Positions 1-13,814 of a DNA stretch of 64,000 bases are shown here, piece after piece. This DNA comes from the human T2T-CHM13v2.0 reference genome, Homo sapiens. Position 1 is the first letter of the stretch. Each line of letters opens with the position of its first letter. Where the stretch lies: assembly GCF_009914755.1 (NCBI RefSeq), contig NC_060925.1; one strand, given 5' to 3'. The notes beneath the pieces were generated by a model that was not told the DNA's origin, ran no database searches, and saw only the letters and a program-made list of their open reading frames with translations. The position numbers and the translations under genes are program-made.

Positions 1-131
1 ATCAAAATAATTATTTCAGACCAATTTTTTAGCTCAACCAATGTTTGAGGATGCTGAATGTGTTTTCTTTTTTTTTCTATTGTTTTAAAGATTTATTATG
101 TTGCCTAAATTTATCTTCTTACCTTTTGTCT

Positions 132-485
132 TTAAAAAAAAATTTATTTCCACAGGTTTTTGGGGAACAGGTGGTATTTGGTTACATGACTAAGTAGTTT
201 GTGAGATTTTGGTGTGCCCATCACCCGAACCGTATATGCTGAACCTGATTTGTAGTCTTTTATCCCTCACCCCCCTCCCACAGTTTCCCCCTGCATCCCC
301 AAAGTCAATTTCGTCATTCTCATGCCTTTGCATCCTCATAGCTTAGCTCCCACTTACAAATGAGATCATTCGATGTTTGGTTTTCCATTCCTGAGTTACT
401 TCACTTAGGCTGATAGTCTCCAGTTCCATCCAGATTGCAGCAAATGGCATTAATGCCTTCCCTTTTATGGCTGAGTAGTATTCCA

Positions 486-521
<36 letters not shown>

Positions 522-2510
522 ACATACTACGGTTTCTTTATCCGCTAGTTGATTAATGGGCATTTAGGTTGGTTCCACATTTTTGCAATTGCGAATTGTG
601 CTGCTGTAAACATGCGTGTGCAGGTATCTTTTTTGTATCATGACTTCTTTTCTTCTGGGTAGATACTCAGTAGTGGGATTGCTGAATCAAATGGCAGTTC
701 TTCTTTTAGTTTTTTAAGGAATCTCCACACTGTTTTCCATAGTGGTTGTACTAGTTTACATTCCCACTAGCAATGTAGAAGTGTTCCCTTTTCACTTCAT
801 CAATGCCAACATCTATTGTTTTTTGATTTTTTGACTAGGGCCATTCTTGCAGAAGTAAGGCAGTATTGCATTTTGGTTTTGATTTGCATTTCCCTGATCA
901 TTAGTGATGTTGAGCATTTTTTTCATATTTCTTGGCCATTTGTTTATCTTCCTTTGAGAATTGTCTTTTCCTGCCCTTAGCCCACTTTTTCATGGGATTG
1001 TTTGTTTTTTTCTTGCTAATTTGAGTTTGAGGTAGATTCTGGATATTAGTCCTTTGTCAGAGGTATAGATTATGAAGATTTTTCTCCCACTCTGTGAGTT
1101 GACTGTTTACTCTGCTGACTGTTCCTTTTGCCGTGCAAAAGCTCTTTAGTTTAATTAGGTCTCAGCCATTTATATTTGTTTTTACTGCATCTGCTTTTTG
1201 GTTCGTGGTCATGAAATCCTTGCCTAAGCCGGTGTCTAGAAGGGTTTTTCCTGTGTTATCTTCTAGAATTTTTCTAGTTTCAGGTCTTTGTCCTTGATGT
1301 GTTTCAGGACTTAAGTCCTTGACCCATCTTGAGTTGATTTTTGTATAAGGTGAGAGATGATCCAGTTTCATTCTCCTACATGTGACTTGCCAATTATCCC
1401 AGCACCATATGTTGAATAGGTTGTCCTTTCCCCACTTTATGTTTTTGTTTGTTTTGCCAAAGATCAGTTGGCAAAATACTTACAGTTGGCTGTAAGTATT
1501 TGGGTTTATTTCTGGATTCTCTATTCTGTTCCGTTGGTCCTTGTGCCTATTTTATACCAGTGCCATGCTGTTTTGGTGACTGTGTCCTTATAGTGAAGAG
1601 AAGAGAATGAAATGAAGAGAGTGGATATCTTTGTCTTGTTCCAGTTTTCAGACAGAACGCTTTAAACTTTTCCCCATTCAGAACTACGTTAGCTGTGGGT
1701 TTGTCATAGATGACTTTTATTGCATTGAGGTATGTCTCTTGTCTGCCAATTTTGCTGAGAGTTTGAATCATAAAGGGATGCTAGATGTTGTCAGATGCTT
1801 TTTCTACATCTATTGAGATGATCATGTGATTTTTGTTTTTAATTCTGTTTATGTAGTGTATCACATTTATTGACTTGTGTATGTTAAACCATCCCTGCAT
1901 CCTTGGTATGAAACCCATTTGATCATGGTGGATTATCTTTTTGATATGTTGTTGGATTTGGTTAGATGTATTTTGTTAAGAATCTTTGCATCTGTGTTCA
2001 TCAGGGATGTTGGTCTGTAGTTTTCTTTTTTGGTTATATCCTTTCCTGGTTTTGGTCTTAGGGTATTACAGGCTTCATAGAATGATTTAGGGAGGATTCT
2101 CTTTCTCTATCTTGTGGAATAGCGTCAAAAGGATTGGTACCAATTCTTCTTCCAATGTCTGATACAATTCAGCTGTGAATCCTTCTGGTTCTGAACTTTT
2201 TTTTGTTGGTAATTTTTAAATTACCATTTTAATCTTGCTGCTTGTTATTGGTCTGTTTAGGGTATCCAGTTCTTCCTGATTTAAGCTAGGAGGTTTGAAT
2301 CTTCCCAGGAATTTATCCATATATTCTAGGTTTTCTAGTTTTTGCATGTAAAGTTGTTCATAGTAGCCTTGAATGATATTTTGTCTTTCGGTGGTGTCAG
2401 GTGTAATAGCTCCCATTTTGTTTATCTTTTCAAAGAACCAGCTTTTTTTGTTTCATTTATCTTTTCTATTTTTTTATTTTTGTTTCAATTTCATTTAGTT
2501 CTGCTCTGAT
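132..2510 (-). mobile_element. L1PB-family LINE-1, 5'-truncated, with internal deletions
   Basis: Minus-strand ORFs 1162-1371, 1547-1771 and 2216-2416 resemble L1 ORF2 ([25 protein letters not shown]); L1PB-type 3' UTR near 140-530. Confidence 0.9.
488..519. repeat. (AT)16 microsatellite inside the L1
   Basis: Perfect AT run read directly. Confidence 0.95.
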
Positions 2511-2595
2511 GAGAATGCTACATGTAAAGCAGCACACTGGTTGGTGTGCCATATATCTGAGCGATTGGCTTTGCCTTCAAGAAAACTGTTGTCCA

Positions 2596-2737
2596 GGTCT
2601 GGCGTGGTGCCTCATGTCTGTAATCTCAGCACTTTGGGAGGCTGAGGTGGGAAGATTGCTTGAGCCCAGGAGTTTGAAGTTTGAAACCAGCCTAGGCACT
2701 ACAGCAAGACCTCGTTTCAAAAAAAAAAGAAAGAAAA
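2596..2737 (+). mobile_element. Free left Alu monomer (FLAM-like)
   Basis: Single Alu arm (TGTAATCTCAGCACTTTGGGAGG...CTTGAGCCCAGGAG) with A-rich tail. Confidence 0.85.
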
Positions 2738-3644
2738 GTTACAAGAATGGAAACCTGAAGTCTGTTAGGGAGATAACAGACTTTGTAGATTATCATAATA
2801 ATAATTTTAAAAGCCCACTGTAAAATTGTAGAAAATTGAATTCTACTTTGAATAAAAAAGGTAAATTCATAGTGAAATACATATGGCTTAACTTTAGAAT
2901 TAAATAAATGCCTAAATATATCCATAGAGATGTATTTAAAGTTCTATAGGCTAGGAAGCAAAAATTATAACATTCGTCATATTTGAATTTCAGATGCATT
3001 TTTACCTTTGGGATGCTACCTTATGGACAACTGTATTATTATATATTGATAGGCCAGAGGTGATTTGTTCAAATTTCTTGTGCAAGAGGAGGCATAGAAA
3101 TAAAGTACTGTTGTTTGTTATTTAAGGCTTAAGTCTGGGTAGTACTTGATAGGCTTAAATTTTGCCCTCTTTAACATCCTAAGTTGTATTCCATCTGGTC
3201 ATTGCTGCCATTAGCTGATGCTTCTAAGCTGAGAGTGGAGTTGTAGTGGAACAGGATACATTTGACAGTTGACCTAGGGTAGCTGAATTGATAGTGCTGT
3301 AATATATAGCACTTTGGTCACATTCTTTGTTAAGTTTAATTAGCTCTAGAGTATTATATACTTTACTAATTCCAATATATACAGTTATTTTTCATGATTT
3401 AATATCTCTGAAATTGTAATATGTCATATAATTGATGGTATCTTAGAGTTGCTGTGGCTAGGTGGCAGTCCTGACATAGTTTTTATTACTGGCACATGCA
3501 CAAAATAGTGATGGCAATTCCTAGTTTCATCAGTTCTGTGAGATATGTGCATAGATGGTACTATATATGTTGAATTTAAATGTAGTGCAAAATATCTTCA
3601 AAAAAGATACGGTGCAATTTAGCATTGAAACAGTTATTACGGAG

Positions 3645-5310
3645 GAACAAAGAGAGAGGACTCACACTACCTGATTTCAAGACTTACTATCAAGTTGCAA
3701 TAATCCACACAATGTACTAACGATGTAAAGATAGATAGATGAATGAAAATAATGGAGATTGCTTAAATGGGGCTATACTATTTTCGACAAAGACATCAAT
3801 GCAATTCAATTAAGAAACAAATGCCTTAGCAATAAATGGTACTGGAACAATTGGATAAATATATGGGTGGAGAGGAATGACTGTCAGCCATTACCTAACA
3901 CCATACACAAACATTTTTTAAGGTAGATTGTACACACAAACTTAAAAGCTGAAACTGTAAGGCTTCTAGAATAAAGCATAATAGAATGTTTTTGTGACTT
4001 TGAAATAGTTTTTTTTTTGAAGGGTGAACCATAAAAAGAAATTTTAAAACTTCTGTTCATCAAAAGACACCATTAAGAAAATAAAAAGGCCAGCCACATG
4101 CTGGGAGAAAATCTTTTCATTGCACATTTGTAACAGAAAATTTGTATCTAGAATCCTGTGTGTCAGTATTTTTAAAAATCCTATTAAAAATAAGCAAGAG
4201 ATGTTGACACTCCACAAAACAAGGTATACAAATGGCCAATCAGCGCATGAAAAAAATTCTCAGTATCATCAGTTGTTGAGGAAGTAAAAATTAAAATGAT
4301 GTTGAGATACTATTTCACATACCCATTAGAAAGACTAAAATTCAAAAGACTAGAAGTCTCATACATTTTTAGTGGAAGTATAAAATGGTTCAACTGCTTT
4401 GGAAAACTTCCTGGCAGTTTCTTATAAAGTTATACATACCCCATGATTCACTTGGAGGTATTTACATAAGAGAAATGAAAGCATGTGTTCACAAAAACAC
4501 TTATACAGGAATTATTTATGTTAGCTTTACTTGTACGAACCCAGACCTTGAAACTACCCTGCTGTATACTGAACATTTGTGTCCCACAAAATTTATATGT
4601 TGAAACTTAGTCACTAATGCCCCAGGGTATTTGTGAAGTAATTAGGTCATAAGGGCTCTGCCCTCACAAATAGGATAAGCACCCTTATGAAAGTGATCCC
4701 AGAGAGCTTCCTTGCTCCTTCTGTGATAGGAGGACGCAGCAATAATACGGTTTACAAACCAGGAAGTGGGACCTCACTAGACACCAGACTTGCCAATATC
4801 TTGGTCTTGGCTTCGTAGCCTCCAGAACAGTGATAAAGAAATTCCTGTTGTTTACAAGCCACCCCAGTCTGTGCTATTTCTCTTACTGTATCCTGAACGT
4901 ACTAAGACACACCGAAATGTCCACTAGCAGGAGAATGGTATTTTCTTACAATAGAATTCTACTTAACAATAAAAAATAATGAACTACTGATACATCCCAC
5001 AGCAGGTATGATTATCAGAAACATTACATTGAATGAAAGAAGCCAGGTACAAAATAATACATCTGGTATATGAGTGTGTCTATATAAATTCCCAAAACAG
5101 GAAAAACTAATGGAAAGCAGAAGAGTGGTTGCTTGTTAGGAAGGGAATGGCATTTGACTGAAAGGTATATAAGGAAACTTTCTGGTTGACACAGATGTTC
5201 TTTATCTTGATTGGAATGGTGCTTATACTTAGTATACGTTCTTCAAAACTCATCTATTTATGCATTTCACTGTATGTAAATTTTATGTCAATAAAAATGT
5301 TGTATATTCA
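3645..5310 (+). mobile_element. Old L1M-class LINE-1 3' portion
   Basis: GGACTCACACTACCTGATTTCAAGACTTACTAT and AATGGTACTGGAACAATTGGATA ORF2-like motifs; L1M-type 3' UTR ending near AATAAA ~5290. Confidence 0.75.
4560..4909 (+). mobile_element. MLT1A0-like MaLR solo LTR nested in the L1
   Basis: TG...CTAAGACA termini; CCTCCAGAACAGTGA motif; degenerate 5-bp TSD TACCC/CACCG. Confidence 0.8.
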
Positions 5311-5388
5311 AAAATACACTAAAATGAAGCAGTGGAGTGCAGATTTGATGTTTGAATTCTTCCGCATTAGAGGAATGACATTCCCATT

Positions 5389-5693
5389 CTTTTTTTTTTT
5401 TTTTTTTCTCCTGAGGCAGAGTCTCACTCTGTCCCCCAGGCTGGAGGGCAGTGGTGTGATCTCGGCTTGCTGCAACCTCTGCCTTCTGAGATCAAGTGAT
5501 TTTCCTGCCTCAGCTTCCAGAGTAGCTGGGATTACAAGCGCACGCCACCACACCTAGCCAATTTTTGTATATTTAGTAGAGACGGGATTTCACCATGTTG
5601 GCCAGACGTCTCGAACCCCTGACCTCAAATGATCCACCCACCTTGGCCCCCCAAAGTGCTGGGATTACAGGCATAAGCCACTGCACCTCGCCC
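5389..5693 (-). mobile_element. AluS
   Basis: Poly-T followed by reverse-complement two-arm Alu. Confidence 0.92.
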
Positions 5694-5700
5694 TAATCCC

Positions 5701-5731
<31 letters not shown>

Positions 5732-7693
5732 GCAAAGCAACAACCAGGAGCTTTATGGAACCTAAAAATGGAAGATAGCAATAGTAGATGAACCTATTTT
5801 GCCTGAGATACATATGAAACAATTGCCTATCACACACCCAGCAGTGCAGCCCAAGCCAGAAGAAATAACCAGTTTTCTGGAGGGATGATGACTGTGATTT
5901 ATGTAGAATATCATAGTTTAATTGGCAGTAGTTTTTTCCTTTCATAGTGGTACAATATAATGGTGTAGCTCACAATCATTGTGTCTTAGATTTGATGAAC
6001 TGCAGTAGGGTGAACAGGTAAAATTATATTGACTCTGTGGAATACTAATCTTTTTAGTAGACTTAACTTTAGGGAAGAGGTCATAAGATCTATCCTTATG
6101 TTTTCAAATGAGATCCTTGCTGAAAAGCGTTTTGAAATAAAGCCTTTTTTATTGCTAATAGAGATGACTAATTCTAAGAAAATACGTAGATATAATCAGA
6201 AATTAACATGCTACAGCATCTAAAAATTCTAGGACGGTGGTTAATTGTAAAAACCACGTTAATGTTTCTGAGCTTTTATAAAACATATCAACCAATGTGT
6301 AGACCTGCAAAAGTTGAAATAGGTGTATAATAGACTTTTTATTAGTTTGGTATTGTAATAGATCACTCATTTGTATGTATTTTGCATTCTAGTCATATGA
6401 TTATAAGTAATTTTGTTTATAAGTTTATAAGTAATTTTGTACAAGTAAATTTAAACTTTAACACCATGTTAAAATTTCAGAAGCCAGAAAAGAGGGAGAT
6501 GCAGTCTTATATTTAACAACTTAAAACAGTTTAAATCCCATGTAGTTATAGACTGAGATAAAACAAAGCATTTCTCTTGGCAGTAGAATCCCTTTGTTCT
6601 GTGTGTGTGGAACATAAGTTCAAGAGGGCAGGGACTATGTTTTGTACAACTATGTATATTATAAAACTTATAGCACAATGTATTGCACATACTATTAAAA
6701 CATTTTTGTTGTGGCTTTTTATTAGAATGCAATTTCAAACAATGCACACATATTAAATTTTCTAAATAATGTGTTTCATTATTCAAAGTATTAGTACTGT
6801 CTGGCATTTTCTAAGTGAGCTTGATTAATAAATAAACCAAATGCCATAGGAAGCAAATGATTATCTGGGGGAAATTTTTAAATGATATAGAAATCTTAAC
6901 TTTTTAACCAAATGTAAAATGGATGTGAGAACAATCAGCTCAGAAGCAAAGTTCAGTATCATCATTATCACCATGAACTAAAAACTTTCTAGACAATAAA
7001 ATTAGTATTATGTGATGAATCCAATATGTGTAATTGAAGTTTTTCAGAGAACTCTAATTAGTGCAAGTTCTCCTGTGCTTTTTGGTCCTTTCACCCTTTC
7101 ATCTCTTTTAAACTTTAGAAGCAGAATGATACTCTCAATATATTGATTGTATTCCCTCCATTTTATTGGAGAGACTAGATCATAGTTAATAAAATATGTT
7201 ATTGGACTGTTAGGATTATGTATATATTTAGAAAATAAGACTTTTAAAATACTTTGTGAACACTAGCAAATTTTACAGGTGGTAATAGCTATCCAGATTG
7301 CTAAGTTATTTTTAAGAATATCTGTCTTGAGAATGGATCCACATAAGTAAGTTGATAAATGCCACTAGTTGATAATAATAGCAGGTTATCAGCATGCACT
7401 GATTTAATTTTCATACTTTAAAATTTTCAAGGCTACTCTGAAGTTTGATGGTATTTTTGTAATTTTGCTGAAGCATAAAATCTTAAAAAAAAAAAAGTTT
7501 TATGAAGCTCCTGGATAGGCTAAGTCGTAAAGAAGCCTACTAGCCACAACAACTTTTTCATTTCAAATGACCTTTTGATTTCTAATAAAATTCCTCTTTA
7601 TCATGAAGTTTTCCTCTAATAGAATTTGAGAAATTAAGTATTAGTGTGGAAAATGCTAAGTGCTAGTTGAATGAATATAAATTGTGTGGTGTT

Positions 7694-7721
7694 ACACACA
7701 CATACACACACACACACACAC
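7694..7721. repeat. Imperfect (CA)n microsatellite
   Basis: Read directly. Confidence 0.85.
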
Positions 7722-7866
7722 CCAACTTAGGGTCTGAGTGAGCTTGAGTTCTATTTGGTATACAGAGGAAAGACCTATACACTCCATGATCTGTACTTGC
7801 AGAGCAGGTTTATTTAAAAACAAACATCTTTAGTTTAAAACTAATTAATGTTTAAAAATTATTTCA

Positions 7867-8401
<535 letters not shown>

Positions 8402-8483
8402 TAAGATAGTCTCTATATATATATCTTTTCACAGGTGTTGAACCCAAGAGAATGAATGTTGTTATTGCCGTTGATGACGTTGC

Positions 8484-8606
8484 TTTTTAAGAGATGGGGT
8501 CTCACTATGTTGCCTAGGCAGAACTTGAACTCCTGGGCTCTGTCAGTCCTCCTGCCTCAGGCTCCCAAATAGCTAGGACTACAGGTGCATGCCACTGCAC
8601 CTGGCA
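8484..8606 (-). mobile_element. FLAM/free Alu monomer
   Basis: GAGATGGGGTCTCACTATGTTGCCTAGG...GGACTACAGGTGCATGCCAC, single arm in antisense. Confidence 0.85.
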
Positions 8607-9294
8607 GCCTATATTTTTTAAATATTCGTTTGTTTTCTGTATATTGTTGGTTGTTTTTTCTCATGTGAGCAATTATCAAATTTTATCATGGGTTCTAAAT
8701 AGAAACTGTCTTTGAAAAGTGTGTTGATGTATATTTACTTTGGTCATCAATAATGTTAACATTCTAATAATTCCTCAATAACTTTATATTTTGGATAAGT
8801 AAACTTGATTTTACTTATAAGAAGAAACATTCCAACTTCTGGAAAACCCAGTGTAAAAAATTCTTTCCACTTGTTCATTTGTTCCGGATCAGCTTGTAGA
8901 ACCCAGCAAATTAGGCTAATGTAAGGTATTCTATGTTTAGATTTTTGGTTTGGAGAATTTCAATTTTCTGGTAAGAAAAAAATGAAGGCATATTTTATTG
9001 TAAGGGAATAATGTAATAAAAATAGGAATAGCTCTTTTATCATGGTTTAACACTTTTATTGAATTTAAGTGTCCTTTAACAAAATATTAAGCTGTTTATA
9101 ATATAAAGTGCCTATAAATTTAGACACACAAATTACCTTATTTCTTTAACCGGGAGTAAAAGTTGAGTATATATCCGTGATACAGAGAACGCAACACATG
9201 GCACATTAGATGAATTTACCTTTGAAGTACTTGTTAGTTTTCAGGCATTAAGAAGTCAAGGCATTGAGAATATTAATATTAAAAATTTTCTTAA

Positions 9295-9394
<100 letters not shown>

Positions 9395-9396
9395 AT

Positions 9397-9474
<78 letters not shown>

Positions 9475-9612
9475 TTAAAATTTATATATTTATTTATATA
9501 TATAATTTAATTATAATATATATAATATACATATTATATATATAATATAATTTAAAATATATATATATTTAAAACACACACATAAATATATATATATATA
9601 TTTAAAATTATA
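9397..9612. repeat. Compound microsatellite (TC)13(AC)21(AT)5 followed by an AT-rich low-complexity tract
   Basis: Read directly: TC 9397-9422, AC 9423-9464, then AT-rich sequence. Confidence 0.95.
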
Positions 9613-10145
9613 ATTCTTCTCTGGTACCTAATAGATACTTTGAGTAATATAGAAAATGAGTAAGATGAGAATTTCAGATATCAAGCTTAAAACCAAGTAG
9701 GAAAGTTATATCACTTGTATTTTATGTTTGCAGTGTATTTGCAGAAATAATACAGTGTATACAAATCTCATCACTATGCTGTAAAATACTGCTTGTGTGT
9801 ATTAGTTAGGGTCTCCAGCCATTGAAGCCTCCAGCATTTTCCCTACTTCCTTATTTTCCTTTTCCTTTAATTGTCCTTCCAAGAATTCATGGGGAGTAAC
9901 ATTTTTATTCTGCTTCCGTGCTGATGCTATGAGACCCAGTAGAATATAAGTGACCTCTGTCCAGCAAATTCCCTTTGCTTTGGCAGGCATCTTGGGCTTT
10001 CAACTGTTGTAAGTTACATCATAAAACTGAAAGATTATTTAATAGTGTGCTGCATTGCCAAAGATGATTTTGACAGTTTGAGGCATGTATCCCATGAAAG
10101 GGGAAATTTTTTAACTTAAGATTTAATTTTAGTCTCAGAGATTTT

Positions 10146-10190
10146 TTTTAATTTTTTTATTTTATTATTACTATACTTTAAGTTTTAGGG
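10146..10190 (-). mobile_element. Ultra-short L1PA 3'-end insertion
   Basis: TTTTATTATTACTATACTTTAAGTTTTAGGG is the reverse complement of the L1PA terminus; flanked by an AGATTTT repeat. Confidence 0.8.
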
Positions 10191-10309
10191 AGATTTTGAG
10201 CAGGTTGAGAACTTTAAGCTGGCAGTTTTTAATAGTTGTAGGTCTTTGCTTGAATAGAAGGTAACCCTGGTTTAATGTTTTTTTGTATGTCTGCAGTCGT
10301 CATTAATTG

Positions 10310-10410
10310 CAGTGGTTATCAAAGTGTGGTCTGCAGACCTCAGGTCATTCCTAAGACCCTTTCACAGAGTTGCAAGGTGAAAACTATTTTCATAATAATA
10401 CTGAGATGGC
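10310..10410. mobile_element. hAT-Charlie family fragment
   Basis: CAGTGGTTATCAAAGTGTGGTC terminal motif plus AAAACTATTTTCATAATAATACT. Confidence 0.55.
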
Positions 10411-10559
10411 TATTCTCATGATTTATCTGCCCTTAAATAGGAACAGTAGCATACCCAGTGCCCTAGCATAGTAATTTATTCTCCTCCTTCTCTTCTTCTC
10501 TTCTTCCTTTTCTCTGTACTTCTACCTTCCTCCTTTCTCTTCTCCAACATGCCCATGCA

Positions 10560-10715
10560 CTTGTTTCTTCATTTATACAATGAGGTTTCTAATACAGTGA
10601 GGTCATTGGATTGTTTTGAAGATTAAATGTGTTAACATCATAAGTAACGCATAAAGTCCTTAAAATGGCACTTGACACATAGTAAATGCTCAATAAATGC
10701 TACTAATGTTAACCA
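10560..10715 (+). mobile_element. MIR fragment
   Basis: TTCTTCATTTATACAATGAGG...GAAGATTAAATG...CACATAGTAAATGCTCAATAAATG. Confidence 0.65.
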
Positions 10716-11432
10716 TTATTGCTGATAATGTTGTTGTTTTGTTCCCACCGCTTTAGTTATTGGCTTTAACTGTTTATGGCAGTACTTCTTATAATTTCTC
10801 AATTCAATTAAGTATTTTATAAAATAATGAAATTTGAGGGCCTACAAAGAAGTTTGTTCTTTCTAGGAAAACTGGGTTGTTTGGTTGGGAAAAAAATGCT
10901 TTAAAAACTACTTATAAATTTAGGGTGAATGAAACAGTTGTAAAACAATTGCAAAAATTATAAAAGTCTAAATGGTTTCTATACTCAGATTACTTCCTAA
11001 GTAATCACAAGAACTCAGATAAGGCCCTGGGACCTCGTAAAATGGTTGATGAGTTCCTATAATGTAATATTTTTAGTTAAAGTAAAATATTTAAGATGTG
11101 TTTGAATTTTAAATGATTTTTTAAACAACTTTTTTGATTAATAGTTATCAACCACTATTCCCTATTACATTGGAAAAGTGGGCCACTACTCTAATTAACA
11201 GAAGGGAACAGAAAGGGCAAACAAGATTACATACGAGTATTGTCCATTGAATTATGTTTAAAAGACTTAGGTGTAAAAACCAGATACATGAGAAGTATAG
11301 CAATCATTAATACATTCTAATGGCAATATCATATTGAAAAGGTGGTAAGTACTGTATTTGCTTCATGGAAGGATTGATAAGACTCTTTCACATGAATGTT
11401 TATGGGACTGTTGCCTAAGGGATTTATAGTAG

Positions 11433-11672
<240 letters not shown>

Positions 11673-11857
11673 TAGTTCTGCGCATATGATGTGTATGTCA
11701 AAAGATTGCTGTTAAGTAACATATGTTAATGTTTAAGCATCTGTGACATATTTTTAAAAGCTTTGTATATTAATACTTTCTGTGTAGGTATATCTGAAAG
11801 TGAATATTGCCTATCCCACAACATTACTAATTATTTTTAGATCACTTAAAAATCATT

Positions 11858-12144
11858 GGCCAGACACAGTGGCTCACACCTGTAATCTCAGCACTTTGGG
11901 AAGCTGAGGCAGGTGGATCACCTTAGGTCGGGAGGTCGAGACCAGCCTAACCAACATGATGAAACCCTGTCTCTACTAAAAATACAAAATTAGCCGGGCA
12001 TGGTGGTGCACACCTGTAATCCCAGCTACTCGGGAGACTGAGGCAGGAGAATCGCTTGAACCCGGGAGGCGGAGGTTGCAGTGAGCCGAGATCACTTCAG
12101 CCTGGGCAACAAGAGCGAAACTCCGTCTCAATAGGAAAAAAAAA
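11858..12144 (+). mobile_element. AluS (Sp/Sq-like)
   Basis: Dimeric Alu with GGCAACAAGAGCGAAACTCC; small right-arm deletion. Confidence 0.92.
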
Positions 12145-12174
12145 TTAATACTGTTGCATGTCCATAGATTTTGA

Positions 12175-12421
<247 letters not shown>

Positions 12422-12600
12422 ATTAGTTATTATGAATGTCAATTGTACAATTCTGAAATGTCTTATGTTTTTAGCAGCCCCAGTTTTTGTTAGTGGTACC
12501 ATCATTTTTCCTTAGAAAATACCCAAGCTTGAAAGTTTTAGTCATTTGTTCTTCTGTTACCTTCATTCATTTAAAAAAAAAGAATTCTAATATTACTGAC

Positions 12601-13112
12601 TGTAGGAAATTGGTCAGGGTGGTGGGAGAAATAGAAAAAAGATGCAAACCTTCTTGGAAGGCTGGGAGGTTTTGCAAAAGCTTTGAAAGATAATTTGGCT
12701 GAAGTCAACTGGATTCTCTTACCCGGAGCCTGATAGCAAAGATTAGATAACCTGGGGATGTAAAGAAATTGATCTAGATAAGTTAGTTTACTTAGGCCTC
12801 CCAGAACGTGGCCTTTAATCAACTGCAGGAGTCGGGAGGTAGGGGTGGCGGGTTGGAGGTGGTGTGGTGGGGTGGCGAGGCAGTGGTGACCACGTTAATT
12901 ACCCACAAGTGTGTTGACTCAAAGCCTTTGTCATTAAATCTGTAATAAAAAGATGCTGGCATGTCAGGGCTGCGGCTGCTGTGACTCTTTACGGCATCCT
13001 CCTCGACGTCTGTGAGTGGCCCAGTCCCCTAGCTGCACGTCCAGGAAAAAACCTGTGTCTGCGTACATTTTCCTTCTGTCGTTCGGCCAGGATCTGCAGG
13101 TTGGGCCCGGCA
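12601..13112 (+). mobile_element. Solo LTR22-family LTR (HERV-K HML-5 group)
   Basis: TG...CA termini; perfect 6-bp TSD ACTGAC (12595-12600 and 13113-13118); start TGTAGGAAATTGGTCAGGGTGGTGGG matches recalled LTR22; AATAAA at 12944. Confidence 0.85.
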
Positions 13113-13814
13113 ACTGACATTATGATAGCTTTTTATGTTATTTCTGAAACTTGAGTGATACACAGAGTTGGTAAATGGGAAGTTAAATAAAAAGGGAATG
13201 AGAATTTTAATGAAAGTAAAATGTCAACGAGAATTCTTTTTTACCTACTTGCTTGCCTTGTTGAATAATGTTTCAACAAAAAATGATTAGGATGTCTTTA
13301 AGATATAAATGTTGTATGAAATTCATTAAGAATATAAAGTTTTAATTTTTGTTCAAATTTAGTCTTCTGAAATTTAGATAAGAATTTAGAGAATTTTAAC
13401 AATCATCAGTGATTTACTTTCATGAACTGTTCTTTCTCTTTCACCTGTTCCTTCTATACTGACTCCTTTTTCTCAGCGTTTAAGAATACTCTTTCCCCTT
13501 CCTTCTTAAACAACAAAACAAAACCCTTACCGTTGACCTCACCCTTTCCCCTAGCTTCTTCTTTTTCCTTTTATAGCTGCACTTTGGAAAGAATTGTCTC
13601 TACCAACTCATTTTCTGTTCATATCCCCTGTAGTCTGGCTCTTGCTCTGTACTAAAGCTGTTTTCACTGAAGTCACCAGTGACTCAAATATTGGATACTG
13701 TTAACTTACCAGAATTTGATTCTGTTGACTCCTTTACTCCTTTTTAAGTTACTTTCCAAGTACCTGTTACACTTTGTCTCAGATTTTCTTGCTACTTTTC
13801 CTCTGGTTATCAAC

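Larger units (their letters stand above)
3355..6005 (+). mobile_element. Kanga1-like Tc2/mariner DNA transposon, split by later insertions (pieces ~3355-3640, ~5310-5388, ~5730-6005)
   Basis: Pieces resemble the recalled Kanga1 consensus (GCAAAGCAACAACCA...GGAAGATA...TTGCCTATCACAC); terminus TCTTAGATTTGATGAACTGCAG followed by TA. Confidence 0.65.
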
